Source: an uncultured Eubacteriales bacterium (GTDB taxonomy: Bacteria; Bacillota; Clostridia; TANB77; CAG-508). From it: a DNA stretch of 64,000 nucleotides. Within the stretch, counting starts at the first letter, position 1; each line of letters opens with the position of its first letter. The notes beneath the pieces were generated by a model that saw only the letters and a program-made list of their open reading frames with translations, was not told where the DNA came from and searched no databases. Positions 1 through 10,504 of the stretch are shown piece after piece. The stretch lies in contig CAOKHL010000003.1 in assembly GCA_948468315.1 (NCBI GenBank), positions 31,627-95,626 on the forward strand, given 5' to 3'. The position numbers and the translations under genes were made by a program.

Positions 1-1
1 A

Positions 2-3000
2 AAAGTAAAATATCAAGAAAATAGTACAAAAGAAATCAAAATGACACCAGATGAGAACTATGAAATTATAGGAATAACAGTAAATGGAGTAGACTATCCT
101 TATACTTTAAATGAAGATGGAACATACGTAATGCCTCAATTTGAGAATGTTACAGAAGACAAACATGTTGTAGTAACATATAGTAAAACAGAAAACAAAA
201 TAACCATAAATAAAGTAGACAGCGAAAATCCAGAAACTAAATTACCAGGAGCAACTTTTGAAATAAAACAAATAGATGAAAGTATAGAAGAGAGTAATCT
301 ATATAAAACTACAATAACAACAAATTCAGAGGGACAAGCAATAACTCAAATCCCATTTGGAAAATATCAAATAACAGAAACAAAAGAGCCAGAAGGATAT
401 GAGAAATTGGAAAACCCAATAATAGTAGAATTTACAGCAACAGGAAATAGTGTAGTAACAAATGAAAACAAAATAAATGCAATAGTAAATAGTGATGGAG
501 AATTTGTAATAGAAAATAATGAAAAAGCAAAAGTAATAGTACATCATTATATCAAGGGAACAACGACAAAAGTAGCAGAAGATGAACTATTAGAAGGAAA
601 ATCAGAAGAAAAATACTCAACATCACCAAAACTAGATTTACCAAAATATGAACTAGAGAAAGACACAGAAGGACAATATATTTTACCAGAAAATGCAATA
701 GGAACATTTACCCCAGGAACACAAGAAGTAACATATTACTATGTAGAAAAAGAAATACCACTAACAGTACATCACTATATAGAAGGTTCAAATCAGCTTG
801 TACCATTAAAAGATGGAACAGAAGCTAAAGACCAAACAGATAGTGGAAAAGAAGGTGAAGAATATACAAGTAATCCAATTCTAGATACCGAATTAGATGA
901 AAAATATGAATTAGTAGAAATTCCTGAAAATAGCAAAGGAACATATAATGGAGATGAAGTAATCGTAACTTACTATTATAAATTAATAGAAAGAAAACTT
1001 ATATTACAAAAATATCAAGAAGATGGAGAAACACCATTAGAAGGAGCTAAATTTACTATTACAGAAAAAGAGCAAGAAAATGATGGAACAATATATACAA
1101 CTAATGCTCAAGGAAAAATAGAAGTAGATTTAAAAGCAGGAACATATATAATTACTGAAACAGAAGCACCAGATGGATACCAATTACCAGAAAATCCAAG
1201 TCAAGAAATAGTAATAAGCAGAAATACAACAACTGAGCAAATTACTTTGTCTAATACAAAACAAAGAGGAAATGTAATAGTTCACCACTATATCAAAGAT
1301 ACAACAACAAAAGTACCATCAAAAGAAGATGGAAAAGTAGTAGAAGATGAAAACAAAACAGGAATAGTAGGAGAAATATATGTAACTAAATCATCAGAAG
1401 ACATTTCAGAAAAATATGAATTAGTTCAAACACCTGAAAATGCAAGTGGAACAATAACAAAAGAAACAACAGAAGTAGTATATTATTATGAACTAAAAGA
1501 AGCTCAAGTAATAGTACACCACTATATACAAGGAACAACAGAAAAATTAAGTGATGACAAAACAATAAATGGAAGAATTGATGAAGAATACGAAACAAAT
1601 GTAGCAGAAGACATTCCAGCAAATTATGAATTGGTAGAAGAACCAAACAACAAAAATGGAACAATGACATTAGATACAATTACTGTAACATATTACTATA
1701 AATTAAAAATACCAGAAATTACATCTAAAATAGATAAAACAACAAAAACAATCAAAGTTATAGAAGCAAGACAAGCAATTGATTACACAATAAATTATCA
1801 AGCAACAATAGACAAATATATAGGAGATGCAACAGTAACAATAACAGACAAACTACCATATGCAATAGATGAAGCTAAGTCAAATAAAGCAGGAGGAACA
1901 TATAACCCAGAAGACCAAACAATAACATGGACCGAAACAATAAATAATATAGATACATTTGCAAATGGAATAGAAAGTATAAATATAACAAAAGAGATAA
2001 GCTTAGTATATAGTAATTTAGATGTAACCAAAACAAATGTAACAAACACAGCAACAGGAAGAATTGTATTAGAAACACCAGAAAAAGAAGAGACAAAAGA
2101 AACAACAAAAGAAATTCCAACAGAATACTTAATAAATGTACCAGTAACAAAAGTGTGGGAAGATAATAACAACGAAGCAGAAAAACGTCCAACTTCTGTT
2201 ACAGTAACAATTAATGGGGATACAGATACAAAACAAGAAGGAAACGAAGTAAATCAAGAGTATGAGTTAACAGCTGAAGCAGACTGGAAACATACATTTA
2301 ACAATCTTCCAAAATATAATGAATTAGGAAACGAAGTAGTATACACAGTAACAGAAAAAGAAACAGGAAGCATTTACTATACAACAGCAAACACAAAAGT
2401 TACAGGAAATCAAGAAGAAGGATTTGTAATAACAAATAAATTCGAAGTACCTGGAGAAACTGTAAGTGTACCAGTAACAAAGGTGTGGGAAGATAATAAT
2501 AATGAGGCAGAAAAACGACCTGAGGCAGTTACAGTAATAATGACAGGAGATACAAATACAAAACAAGAAGGAAACGAAGTAAATCAAGAGTATGAGTTAA
2601 CAGCCGAAGCAGACTGGAGACATACATTTAATAACCTGCCAAAATATAATAATTTAGGAAACGAAGTAGTATACACAGTAACAGAAAAAGAAACAGGAAG
2701 TATTTATTATACAACAGAAAATACAGAGGTTACAGGAAACCAAAAAGAAGGATTTGTAGTAACAAACAAATTCGAAGTACCTGGGGAAACTGTAAGTGTA
2801 TCAGTAACAAAAGTGTGGGAAGATAATAATAATGAGGCAGAAAAACGTCCAACTTCTGTTACAGTAACAATTAATGGGGATACAAATACAAAACAAGAAG
2901 GAAACGAAGTAAATCAAGAGTATGAGTTAACAGCCGAAGCAGACTGGAGACATACATTTAATAACCTGCCAAAATATAATAATTTAGGAAACGAAGTAGT

Positions 3001-6000
3001 ATACACAGTAACAGAAAAAGAAACAGGAAGTATTTATTATACAACAGAAAATACAGAGGTTACAGGAAACCAAAAAGAAGGATTTGTAATAACAAATAAA
3101 TTCGAGGTACCTGAGGAAACCGTAAGTGTACCAGTAACAAAGGTATGGGAAGATAATAATAATGAAGCAGAAAAACGACCAACTTCTGTTACAGTAACAA
3201 TTAATGGAGATACAAATACAAAACAAGAAGGAAATGAAGTAAAACAAGAGCATGAGTTAACAGCAAACACAGACTGGAAACATACATTTGAAAGTCTTCC
3301 AAAATATAATAATTTAGGAAACGAAGTAGTATATACAATAACCGAAAAAGAAACAGGAAGCATTTACTATACAACAGCCAATACAAAAGTTACAGGAAAC
3401 CAAAAAGAAGGATTTGTAATAACAAATAAATTCGAGGTACCTGAGGAAACCGTAAGTGTACCAGTAACAAAAGTATGGGATGACAATAATAATGAAGCAG
3501 AAAAACGACCAGAAAATGTTACAGTAGAAGTAAAATCTGAAGAAAAGGTAGTTGCTGAAAAAGCATTAACACAAGAAGAAAATTGGAAACATACATTTAA
3601 CAATCTTCCAAAATATAATGGCTTAGGAAACGAAGTTGTGTATAGTGTAACAGAAAAAGAAACAGGAAACATTTTCTACACAACAGCAAACACAAAAGTT
3701 ACAGGAAACCAAAAAGAAGGATTTGTAATAACAAATAAATTCGAGGTACCTGAGGAAACCGTAAGTGTACCAGTAACAAAAGTATGGGATGACAATAATA
3801 ATGAAGCAGAAAAACGACCAGAAAATGTTACAGTAGAAGTAAAATCTGAAGAAAAGGTAGTTGTTGAAAAAATATTAACACAAGAAGAAAACTGGAGACA
3901 TACATTTAATAATCTTCCAAAATACGACAACTTAGGAAATGAAGTTGTATATAGTGTAACCGAAAAAGAAACAGGAAGTATTTATTATACAACAGAAAAT
4001 ACAGAGGTTACAGGAAACCAAAAAGAAGGATTTGTAGTAACAAACAAATTCGAAGTACCTGGGGAAACTGTAAGTGTATCAGTAACAAAAGTGTGGGAAG
4101 ATAATAATAATGAGGCAGAAAAACGTCCAACTTCTGTTACAGTAACAATTAATGGGGATACAGATACAAAACAAGAAGGAAACGAAGTAAATCAAGAGTA
4201 TGAGTTAACAGCTGAAGCAGACTGGAAACATACATTTAACAATCTTCCAAAATATAATGAATTAGGAAACGAAGTAGTATACACAGTAACAGAAAAAGAA
4301 ACAGGAAGCATTTTCTATACAACAGCAAACACAAAAGTTACAGGAAACCAAAAAGAAGGATTTGTAGTAACAAACAAATTCGAAGTACCTGGGGAAACTG
4401 TAAGTGTACCAGTGACAAAAGTATGGGAAGATAATAACAACGAAGCAGAAAAACGACCTGAGGCAGTTACAGTAATAATAACAGGAGATACAAATACAAA
4501 ACAAGAAGGAAATGAAGTAAAACAAGAGCATGAGTTAATAGCTGAAGCAGACTGGAAGCATACATTTAATAACCTTCCAAAATATAATAACTTAGGAAAT
4601 GAAGTTGTGTATAGTGTAACCGAAAAAGAAACAGGAAGCATTTATTATACTACAGCCAATACAAAAGTTACAGGAAATCAAGAAGAAGGATTTGTAATAA
4701 CAAATAAATTCGAAGTACCTGGAGAAACTGTAAGTGTACCAGTGACAAAAGTATGGGAAGATAATAACAACGAAGCAGGAAAAAGACCAGAAAATGTTAC
4801 AGTCGAAGTAAAATGTGAAGAAAAGGTAGTTGCTGAAAAAGTATTAACACAAGAAGAAAATTGGAAACATATATTTAACAACCTTCCAAAATACGACAAC
4901 TTAGGAGATGAGGTTGTGTACAGTATAACAGAGAAACAAACAGGAAGTATTTACTATACAACAGCAAATACAAAAGTTACAGGAAACCAAAAAGAAGGAT
5001 TTGTAATAACAAACAAATTCGAAGTACCAGGGGAAACAATAAGTGTACCAGTAACAAAAGTATGGGAAGATAATAATAACGAAGCAGAAAAACGTCCAAC
5101 TTCTGTTACAGTAACAATTAATGGAGATACAAATACAAAACAAGAAGGGAACGAAGTAAAACAAGAGCATGAATTAACAGCCGAAGAGGACTGGAGACAT
5201 ACATTTAGTAGTTTACCAAAATATAATGACTTAGGAAACGAAGTTGTATATAGCGTAATAGAAAAAGAAACAGGAAGTATTTTCTATACAACAGCCAATA
5301 CAAAAGTTACAGGAAATCAAGAAGAAGGATTTGTAATAACAAACAAATTCGAAGTACCAAGTGATACAATAAATGTGCCAGTAACAAAAATCTGGAACCA
5401 TCAAAATAACATTTATGAAAAGCCAACTCAAATAAAAGTATTATTAAAAAACGGAAACACAATTGTAAAAGAACAAACAATAAATAATACAAATAAACAA
5501 GAAACAGACGAAAACACATGGAAATACACATTTACAGATGTACCAAAATACAACAATATGGGAAATGAAATAAATTACACAATAGAAGAAGTTGAAGTAA
5601 AAGAAGGAGACTTAGAATATTACACATCAAAAGTAAATGGATTAACAATAGAAAACAAATACAAAGGACCAATAATTTCAGCTGTAAAAGCTATGACAAC
5701 AGAAAGAGAAAAAGACTTTGTAATAGAAGGTGAAAAAATTACCTATACAATTACAGTTGAAAATGAAGGTGGAGTTGCAAAAGATGTTATTATAAAAGAC
5801 ACAATTCCAGAAGGTACAAACCTAGTAAATGGAAGTATAAAAGTAAATGGAAAAGCTACTCATACAACATTAAAAGGAGAAGAACAAAACCTAAGCACAA
5901 AAACAGAAACAGATTTAAGAAATGGAATCACTGTTAAAGTACCAGAAAAGATAGAAGAAACAAAAGGAAAAGCAACATTAAGCTTTGAAGTAACAGTAAG

Positions 6001-9000
6001 CAAAGAAGCAACAGGAGATATAAGAAACAAGGCAACAGTTGATAAAAATGATACAAATGAAGTAAAAATACCAATGTTATGTTATGAAAAAACATCAAGA
6101 ATAATCAAGAAAAATGTGGATGTACAAACAAAACAAAATGAAGTAACAGTTGGAGACAGTATCTATTACACAATAAAAGTAACAAATACAGGTTCAGAAG
6201 ATGTGCACAATATAAAAGTAAGAGACAGAGCACCAGAAGGAACAAATGCAAAAAATGTTAAAGAACAAGATAAAGATATGGAATGGACAATAGAAGAAAT
6301 AAAAGCAGGAGAAAGCAAAGAAGTAGGATATGAAGCAGAAGTATTATATACTAATAAAAACTTTATTATAAAAAATGTTGCAACAGTAGAAGAAAAAGAA
6401 ACAAACGAGACAGAAGACCCATATATAGAGCCACAAACAACATTAACAAGTAATATAGTAAAAACAGGAACAAACAAAGTTACTGCAAAAGATGAAAAAG
6501 TATATTATGAAGTAAACTTCACATCAAGAGTAAACTATTTTGTTGGAAAAGCAAAAATAACTTTAACAGACACATTACCATATCCAATAGATGAAGAAAA
6601 ATCTGTTTTGAATGGTGGAAAATACAATGCTGAAAATCAAACAATAACCTGGGAACAAGAAGAAAAAATAGATACAATGAAAACACAAGACGCAAAAGAA
6701 ATAGAAATAACAAAACAATTCCAAGTATCATATATTTATGGAAACTTAGATGAGATTTTATCTGAAGCTTCAAATAAAACTATGGTAAATACAATAAACA
6801 GCAAAATTGAATTACAAAAGCCAAATGAAGAGAATCCTTCAGAATACAATAAAGTAAAAGAAGACACAAAAGAAGCAGAAAAAGAAACAACTATCGAAAT
6901 TCCTGCTCAAGTAATAGTACATCACTATATAGAAGGAACAGAAAGAAAAGTACCATCAAATGAAGAGGGAAAAGTAGTAGGAGATGAAAGAATAGAAGGA
7001 AAAATAGGAGAAAGTTATAATACAAAAGCATCAGAAAAAATATCATCAAACTACAAATGTATAAATGAAAATCCAGAAAAACACCAAGGAAAAATGAAAG
7101 AAGAAACAATAGAAGTAATCTACTATTATAGACTAGAAACGCCAACAGTTACAAATAAAATAGAAAAAACAGCACAAGTGGAAAATAATACAGAACAAGA
7201 AGATATAACATTAAGAAAAGAAGATGGAAAAGTAAAATACACAATCAAATATACAAGTGAAATAGATGGTTATATAGGAAAAGGAACAATAAAAATAGTA
7301 GATAAATTACCTGCGAAAATAGATGTAGAGAAATCAAACATCAAAAATGGAAAATATGATGAAGAAACTCTAACAATTACATGGTTAGAAGAAATAGAAA
7401 AAATAGACACATATAAAAATGGAAAATACACAAAAGAAACAACAAAAGAAATAGAACTAGTATACAAAGAGCAAGATGTAACAAAAGACTTAGATAACCA
7501 AGTAAAAGGAGAGACAATCACATATTATCCAGAAGAAGTTGAAACAAATCCAGGAGAAGAATTCATAAAAGAAGAGGCAACAGATGAAGCAAAAGTAAAA
7601 CAAGAATATAAAACAGAATTTATATTCAACAAAACATGGGATGATAGTGAAAATATAAAACAAAAGAGACCAGAAAGTGTACAAATAAAAATAGTACAAA
7701 ATGAAACTGGAAAGAAATCTACAATAGAGTTAAATGAAGAAAACAACTGGACAACTAAAGCAGGACCATTAACAAAATATAATGAAACAGGAGAAAAATA
7801 CACATATGAAGTAACAGAACAAGAGACAAATGAAAAAGACCTAGAGTTTTACGAAGAGCCAGAAATAAAGCTAATAGAAAGTCAAGATGAAGAAAAAACA
7901 ACTTATACATACAACATAACAAATACATACAAACTATTAGAAACAGACTTAAGAGGAAAAATAAGTAAAACAGGAACAGAAGAAATAACAGCTTCAGATG
8001 AAAAAGTAGAGTATGAAATACACTATGAAGCAGAAATGCAAAGATATATAGGAGGAGGAAAAGTAAGAGTTATAGATACCTTGCCATATGCAATAGATGA
8101 AGAAAAATCAGAATTGGATGGAGGAAAATATAACGAAGAAGAAAAAACAATCACATGGGAAGAAGAATTGTCACATATAAATACAGAAGAAACAAAACAA
8201 AGCTATAAAATAGATATAAGTAAAAATATATCATTAGTATACAAAGACTTAGATGCAACACAAGAAAAAATAACAAACAAAGTAGAAGGAAGAACAATAT
8301 TATATGAAACAGAGCAAAAAGACGAAAAAGAAACAACTTATGAAACAAAGATAAACATCAAAGGAAAAGTAATAGTAAAATATGTGAACAAAGAAACAGG
8401 GGAAATAATAGTAGTTGAAGAAGAACCATATACATATGAAATAATAGACAAAGTAGGAAAAGACTATGTTACAGAGGAAAAAGAAATAGAAAACTATGAA
8501 TTTGTCGAATCAACAAACAACGAAACAGGAAAAATCAAACAAGAAGAACAAGAAGTAATATATTACTATACAAGAAAAGAAACAACAGTACTAGTAAAAT
8601 ATCAAGACAGAGATGGTAATGAACTAGCAGAAGAAGAGGTAATAAAAGGAAAAATAGGAGACAAATATAAAACAGAAGAAAAAGACATAGAAAACTACAA
8701 ACTATACTCAGTAACAGAAAACAAAGAAGGAACAATGGAAAAAGACCAAATAATAGTAATATATGTATATGAAAAAATACCAACAAAGGTAATAGTAAAA
8801 CATCTAGAAAAAGGAACAAACAAAGAATTACATGAAGAAGAAACAATAGAGGGAGTAGCAGGAGACAATTATAAAACAGAAAGAAAGGTAATTGAAAACT
8901 ATCAAGCAGCAGAACCAGAGCCAGAAAATGCAAATGGAAAGATGGAAAAAGATGAAATAGAAGTAATCTACTATTATGAGAAAATCCCAAGTGGGGAAAT

Positions 9001-9826
9001 AACAGTAAAATATATAGACATAGATACAAATGAAGAAATAACATACACAAAAACAAATGAAAATGGAAGTACACAAGAAACAACATACAAATATCAAATA
9101 AAAGGAAAAGTGGGAGACAAATACCAAACGGAACAAAAACAAATACCATACTACAACTATGTAAAATCAACAGAAAATACTGAAGGTGAATTAACACAAA
9201 ACAATGATACAGTAATCTACTACTACCAAAAACAAGTCTTCAATCTAAAAGTGGATAAATGGGTATCAGAAGTAGAAGTAAATGGAGAAACAAAAAGAGC
9301 AAGAAATATAGGAACTAAAGATCAAATCTACAAACTAGAAATCCATAGAAAGAAAGTAAAAACAACAAACATAAAAATTAAATACAAAATAAGAATAACA
9401 AATACAGGAGAAATAGAAGGAACAGTAGGAGAAATAATTGAGCAAATCCCAGAACAATATACATTCTATCAAGAAGATAACCAAATAAAATGGACAAAAG
9501 AGGGTAAAAACTTAATAACAGAAGATTTGAGAGAACAAACTATAAAACCAGGAGAATACAAAGAAATAGAAATAGTATTAAGATGGGAAACAGGAGAAAA
9601 CAACATAGGACAAAAAGACAACAAAGTAAGCATAAGAAAAATGAAAAATCCAGCAGGATATGAAGATAAAGAAGCAGAGGACAACCAATCAACATCAACA
9701 ATGATAATAGCAGTAGCAACAGGAATGAGAGATAATACAATAGAAACAGTAGTAGAAAGTTTAGTATCATGTATAATAACAGGAATAGGAGTATATTTGA
9801 TATTAGTAAGAAAAACACATAATTAA
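2..9826 (+). CDS. Giant cell-surface adhesin-like protein (SpaA/prealbumin-like, MucBP-like, tandem Cna B-type and DUF11-like repeats); 5' end lies outside the window
   Basis: The frame is open from base 2 (KVKYQENSTKEIK) into the 3261-aa ORF. It has repeated VIVHHY/VIVKY...YYY modules, VTKVWED...KRP Cna-B repeats, and a C-terminal VATG, hydrophobic stretch and basic tail. Confidence 0.85.
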   Translation, partial: KVKYQENSTKEIKMTPDENYEIIGITVNGVDYPYTLNEDGTYVMPQFENVTEDKHVVVTYSKTENKITINKVDSENPETKLPGATFEIKQIDESIEESNLYKTTITTNSEGQAITQIPFGKYQITETKEPEGYEKLENPIIVEFTATGNSVVTNENKINAIVNSDGEFVIENNEKAKVIVHHYIKGTTTKVAEDELLEGKSEEKYSTSPKLDLPKYELEKDTEGQYILPENAIGTFTPGTQEVTYYYVEKEIPLTVHHYIEGSNQLVPLKDGTEAKDQTDSGKEGEEYTSNPILDTELDEKYELVEIPENSKGTYNGDEVIVTYYYKLIERKLILQKYQEDGETPLEGAKFTITEKEQENDGTIYTTNAQGKIEVDLKAGTYIITETEAPDGYQLPENPSQEIVISRNTTTEQITLSNTKQRGNVIVHHYIKDTTTKVPSKEDGKVVEDENKTGIVGEIYVTKSSEDISEKYELVQTPENASGTITKETTEVVYYYELKEAQVIVHHYIQGTTEKLSDDKTINGRIDEEYETNVAEDIPANYELVEEPNNKNGTMTLDTITVTYYYKLKIPEITSKIDKTTKTIKVIEARQAIDYTINYQATIDKYIGDATVTITDKLPYAIDEAKSNKAGGTYNPEDQTITWTETINNIDTFANGIESINITKEISLVYSNLDVTKTNVTNTATGRIVLETPEKEETKETTKEIPTEYLINVPVTKVWEDNNNEAEKRPTSVTVTINGDTDTKQEGNEVNQEYELTAEADWKHTFNNLPKYNELGNEVVYTVTEKETGSIYYTTANTKVTGNQEEGFVITNKFEVPGETVSVPVTKVWEDNNNEAEKRPEAVTVIMTGDTNTKQEGNEVNQEYELTAEADWRHTFNNLPKYNNLGNEVVYTVTEKETGSIYYTTENTEVTGNQKEGFVVTNKFEVPGETVSVSVTKVWEDNNNEAEKRPTSVTVTINGDTNTKQEGNEVNQEYELTAEADWRHTFNNLPKYNNLGNEVVYTVTEKETGSIYYTTENTEVTGNQKEGFVITNKFEVPEETVSVPVTKVWEDNNNEAEKRPTSVTVTINGDTNTKQEGNEVKQEHELTANTDWKHTFESLPKYNNLGNEVVYTITEKETGSIYYTTANTKVTGNQKEGFVITNKFEVPEETVSVPVTKVWDDNNNEAEKRPENVTVEVKSEEKVVAEKALTQEENWKHTFNNLPKYNGLGNEVVYSVTEKETGNIFYTTANTKVTGNQKEGFVITNKFEVPEETVSVPVTKVWDDNNNEAEKRPENVTVEVKSEEKVVVEKILTQEENWRHTFNNLPKYDNLGNEVVYSVTEKETGSIYYTTENTEVTGNQKEGFVVTNKFEVPGETVSVSVTKVWEDNNNEAEKRPTSVTVTINGDTDTKQEGNEVNQEYELTAEADWKHTFNNLPKYNELGNEVVYTVTEKETGSIFYTTANTKVTGNQKEGFVVTNKFEVPGETVSVPVTKVWEDNNNEAEKRPEAVTVIITGDTNTKQEGNEVKQEHELIAEADWKHTFNNLPKYNNLGNEVVYSVTEKETGSIYYTTANTKVTGNQEEGFVITNKFEVPGETVSVPVTKVWEDNNNEAGKRPENVTVEVKCEEKVVAEKVLTQEENWKHIFNNLPKYDNLGDEVVYSITEKQTGSIYYTTANTKVTGNQKEGFVITNKFEVPGETISVPVTKVWEDNNNEAEKRPTSVTVTINGDTNTKQEGNEVKQEHELTAEEDWRHTFSSLPKYNDLGNEVVYSVIEKETGSIFYTTANTKVTGNQEEGFVITNKFEVPSDTINVPVTKIWNHQNNIYEKPTQIKVLLKNGNTIVKEQTINNTNKQETDENTWKYTFTDVPKYNNMGNEINYTIEEVEVKEGDLEYYTSKVNGLTIENKYKGPIISAVKAMTTEREKDFVIEGEKITYTITVENEGGVAKDVIIKDTIPEGTNLVNGSIKVNGKATHTTLKGEEQNLSTKTETDLRNGITVKVPEKIEETKGKATLSFEVTVSKEATGDIRNKATVDKNDTNEVKIPMLCYEKTSRIIKKNVDVQTKQNEVTVGDSIYYTIKVTNTGSEDVHNIKVRDRAPEGTNAKNVKEQDKDMEWTIEEIKAGESKEVGYEAEVLYTNKNFIIKNVATVEEKETNETEDPYIEPQTTLTSNIVKTGTNKVTAKDEKVYYEVNFTSRVNYFVGKAKITLTDTLPYPIDEEKSVLNGGKYNAENQTITWEQEEKIDTMKTQDAKEIEITKQFQVSYIYGNLDEILSEASNKTMVNTINSKIELQKPNEENPSEYNKVKEDTKEAEKETTIEIPAQVIVHHYIEGTERKVPSNEEGKVVGDERIEGKIGESYNTKASEKISSNYKCINENPEKHQGKMKEETIEVIYYYRLETPTVTNKIEKTAQVENNTEQEDITLRKEDGKVKYTIKYTSEIDGYIGKGTIKIVDKLPAKIDVEKSNIKNGKYDEETLTITWLEEIEKIDTYKNGKYTKETTKEIELVYKEQDVTKDLDNQVKGETITYYPEEVETNPGEEFIKEEATDEAKVKQEYKTEFIFNKTWDDSENIKQKRPESVQIKIVQNETGKKSTIELNEENNWTTKAGPLTKYNETGEKYTYEVTEQETNEKDLEFYEEPEIKLIESQDEEKTTYTYNITNTYKLLETDLRGKISKTGTEEITASDEKVEYEIHYEAEMQRYIGGGKVRVIDTLPYAIDEEKSELDGGKYNEEEKTITWEEELSHINTEETKQSYKIDISKNISLVYKDLDATQEKITNKVEGRTILYETEQKDEKETTYETKINIKGKVIVKYVNKETGEIIVVEEEPYTYEIIDKVGKDYVTEEKEIENYEFVESTNNETGKIKQEEQEVIYYYTRKETTVLVKYQDRDGNELAEEEVIKGKIGDKYKTEEKDIENYKLYSVTENKEGTMEKDQIIVIYVYEKIPTKVIVKHLEKGTNKELHEEETIEGVAGDNYKTERKVIENYQAAEPEPENANGKMEKDEIEVIYYYEKIPSGEITVKYIDIDTNEEITYTKTNENGSTQETTYKYQIKGKVGDKYQTEQKQIPYYNYVKSTENTEGELTQNNDTVIYYYQKQVFNLKVDKWVSEVEVNGETKRARNIGTKDQIYKLEIHRKKVKTTNIKIKYKIRITNTGEIEGTVGEIIEQIPEQYTFYQEDNQIKWTKEGKNLITEDLREQTIKPGEYKEIEIVLRWETGENNIGQKDNKVSIRKMKNPAGYEDKEAEDNQSTSTMIIAVATGMRDNTIETVVESLVSCIITGIGVYLILVRKTHN
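2141..5377 (+). repeat. Ten near-identical intragenic tandem repeats (330 or 309 bp) encoding Cna B-type domains
   Basis: (C/T)CAGT(A/G)ACAAA unit starts at 2141, 2471, 2801, 3131, 3461, 3770, 4079, 4409, 4739, 5048, with a diverged 11th unit at 5378. Confidence 0.95.
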
Positions 9827-9863
9827 ATATAATTCTCAAAAGTTTATTTTGAGAAGAACACAC

Positions 9864-9922
9864 AGTTAGGGGACAGTTTCAAAATGTCATTTAAAAAAAC
9901 ATTTTGAAATTGTCCTCTAATT
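9864..9922. repeat. Intergenic stem-loop element (family C), likely also a terminator for the adhesin gene
   Basis: TTAGGGGACAGTTTCAAAATGT...ACATTTTGAAATTGTCCTCTAA is an imperfect inverted repeat similar to 16194-16255. Confidence 0.75.
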
Positions 9923-9980
9923 AGTCATATTTTATAAATTTATGAATATAATTATAATAAGAAAAAACTATATAAATGTC

Positions 9981-10008
9981 TTGACAATTAATTTTACTAT
10001 ATTATAAT
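9981..10008 (+). promoter_or_regulatory. Sigma-A-type promoter for the NUDIX-radical SAM-peptide operon
   Basis: TTGACA-16 nt-TATAAT. Confidence 0.65.
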
Positions 10009-10060
10009 TATTAAACAAATGAAAAACATTGTAAATATATATTAAAAATGAGGTAACTTT

Positions 10061-10504
10061 ATGCAAATTGTAACAATATTTATTCAAAATAATCAAGGAG
10101 AATTTCTTATTCAAAAAAGAAGCAATAAAAAAAATGGTAAATATGCTATTACAAGTGGACACACAGAAGAAAATGAGAAAAGAGAACAAGGAATAATTAG
10201 AGAAGTGAAAGAAGAGCTTGGAATAGATATAAAAAAAGAAGATATAAAACTATTTTACAATACAGAAATTGATAAAAAATTATATAATTTATATTATTTA
10301 AAAAAAGACATAAATATAAGTGATTTATGCCTACAAAAAGAAGAAGTTGAAAAAGTAAAATGGTGTACACAGGAAGAAGTCGAACAACTAATAAAAAATA
10401 AGGAATTTTATGAAAATCAAATAGAAGCATGGGATTTATTCAAAAAATATATTAATGAGGAGGAATTTTATGGCAAAAATAGCTCAATGGGACATAAACA
10501 ATGA
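10061..10504 (+). CDS. NUDIX hydrolase
   Basis: Nudix box SGHTEENEKREQGIIREVKEELG; LIQKRS motif; RBS GAGGT. Confidence 0.9.
   Translation: MQIVTIFIQNNQGEFLIQKRSNKKNGKYAITSGHTEENEKREQGIIREVKEELGIDIKKEDIKLFYNTEIDKKLYNLYYLKKDINISDLCLQKEEVEKVKWCTQEEVEQLIKNKEFYENQIEAWDLFKKYINEEEFYGKNSSMGHKQ

Noticed and set aside
326-9863. Numerous minus-strand ORFs opposite the adhesin gene
   Set aside because: These are F/L/C-rich shadow ORFs that repeat with the Cna-B units and have no RBS.
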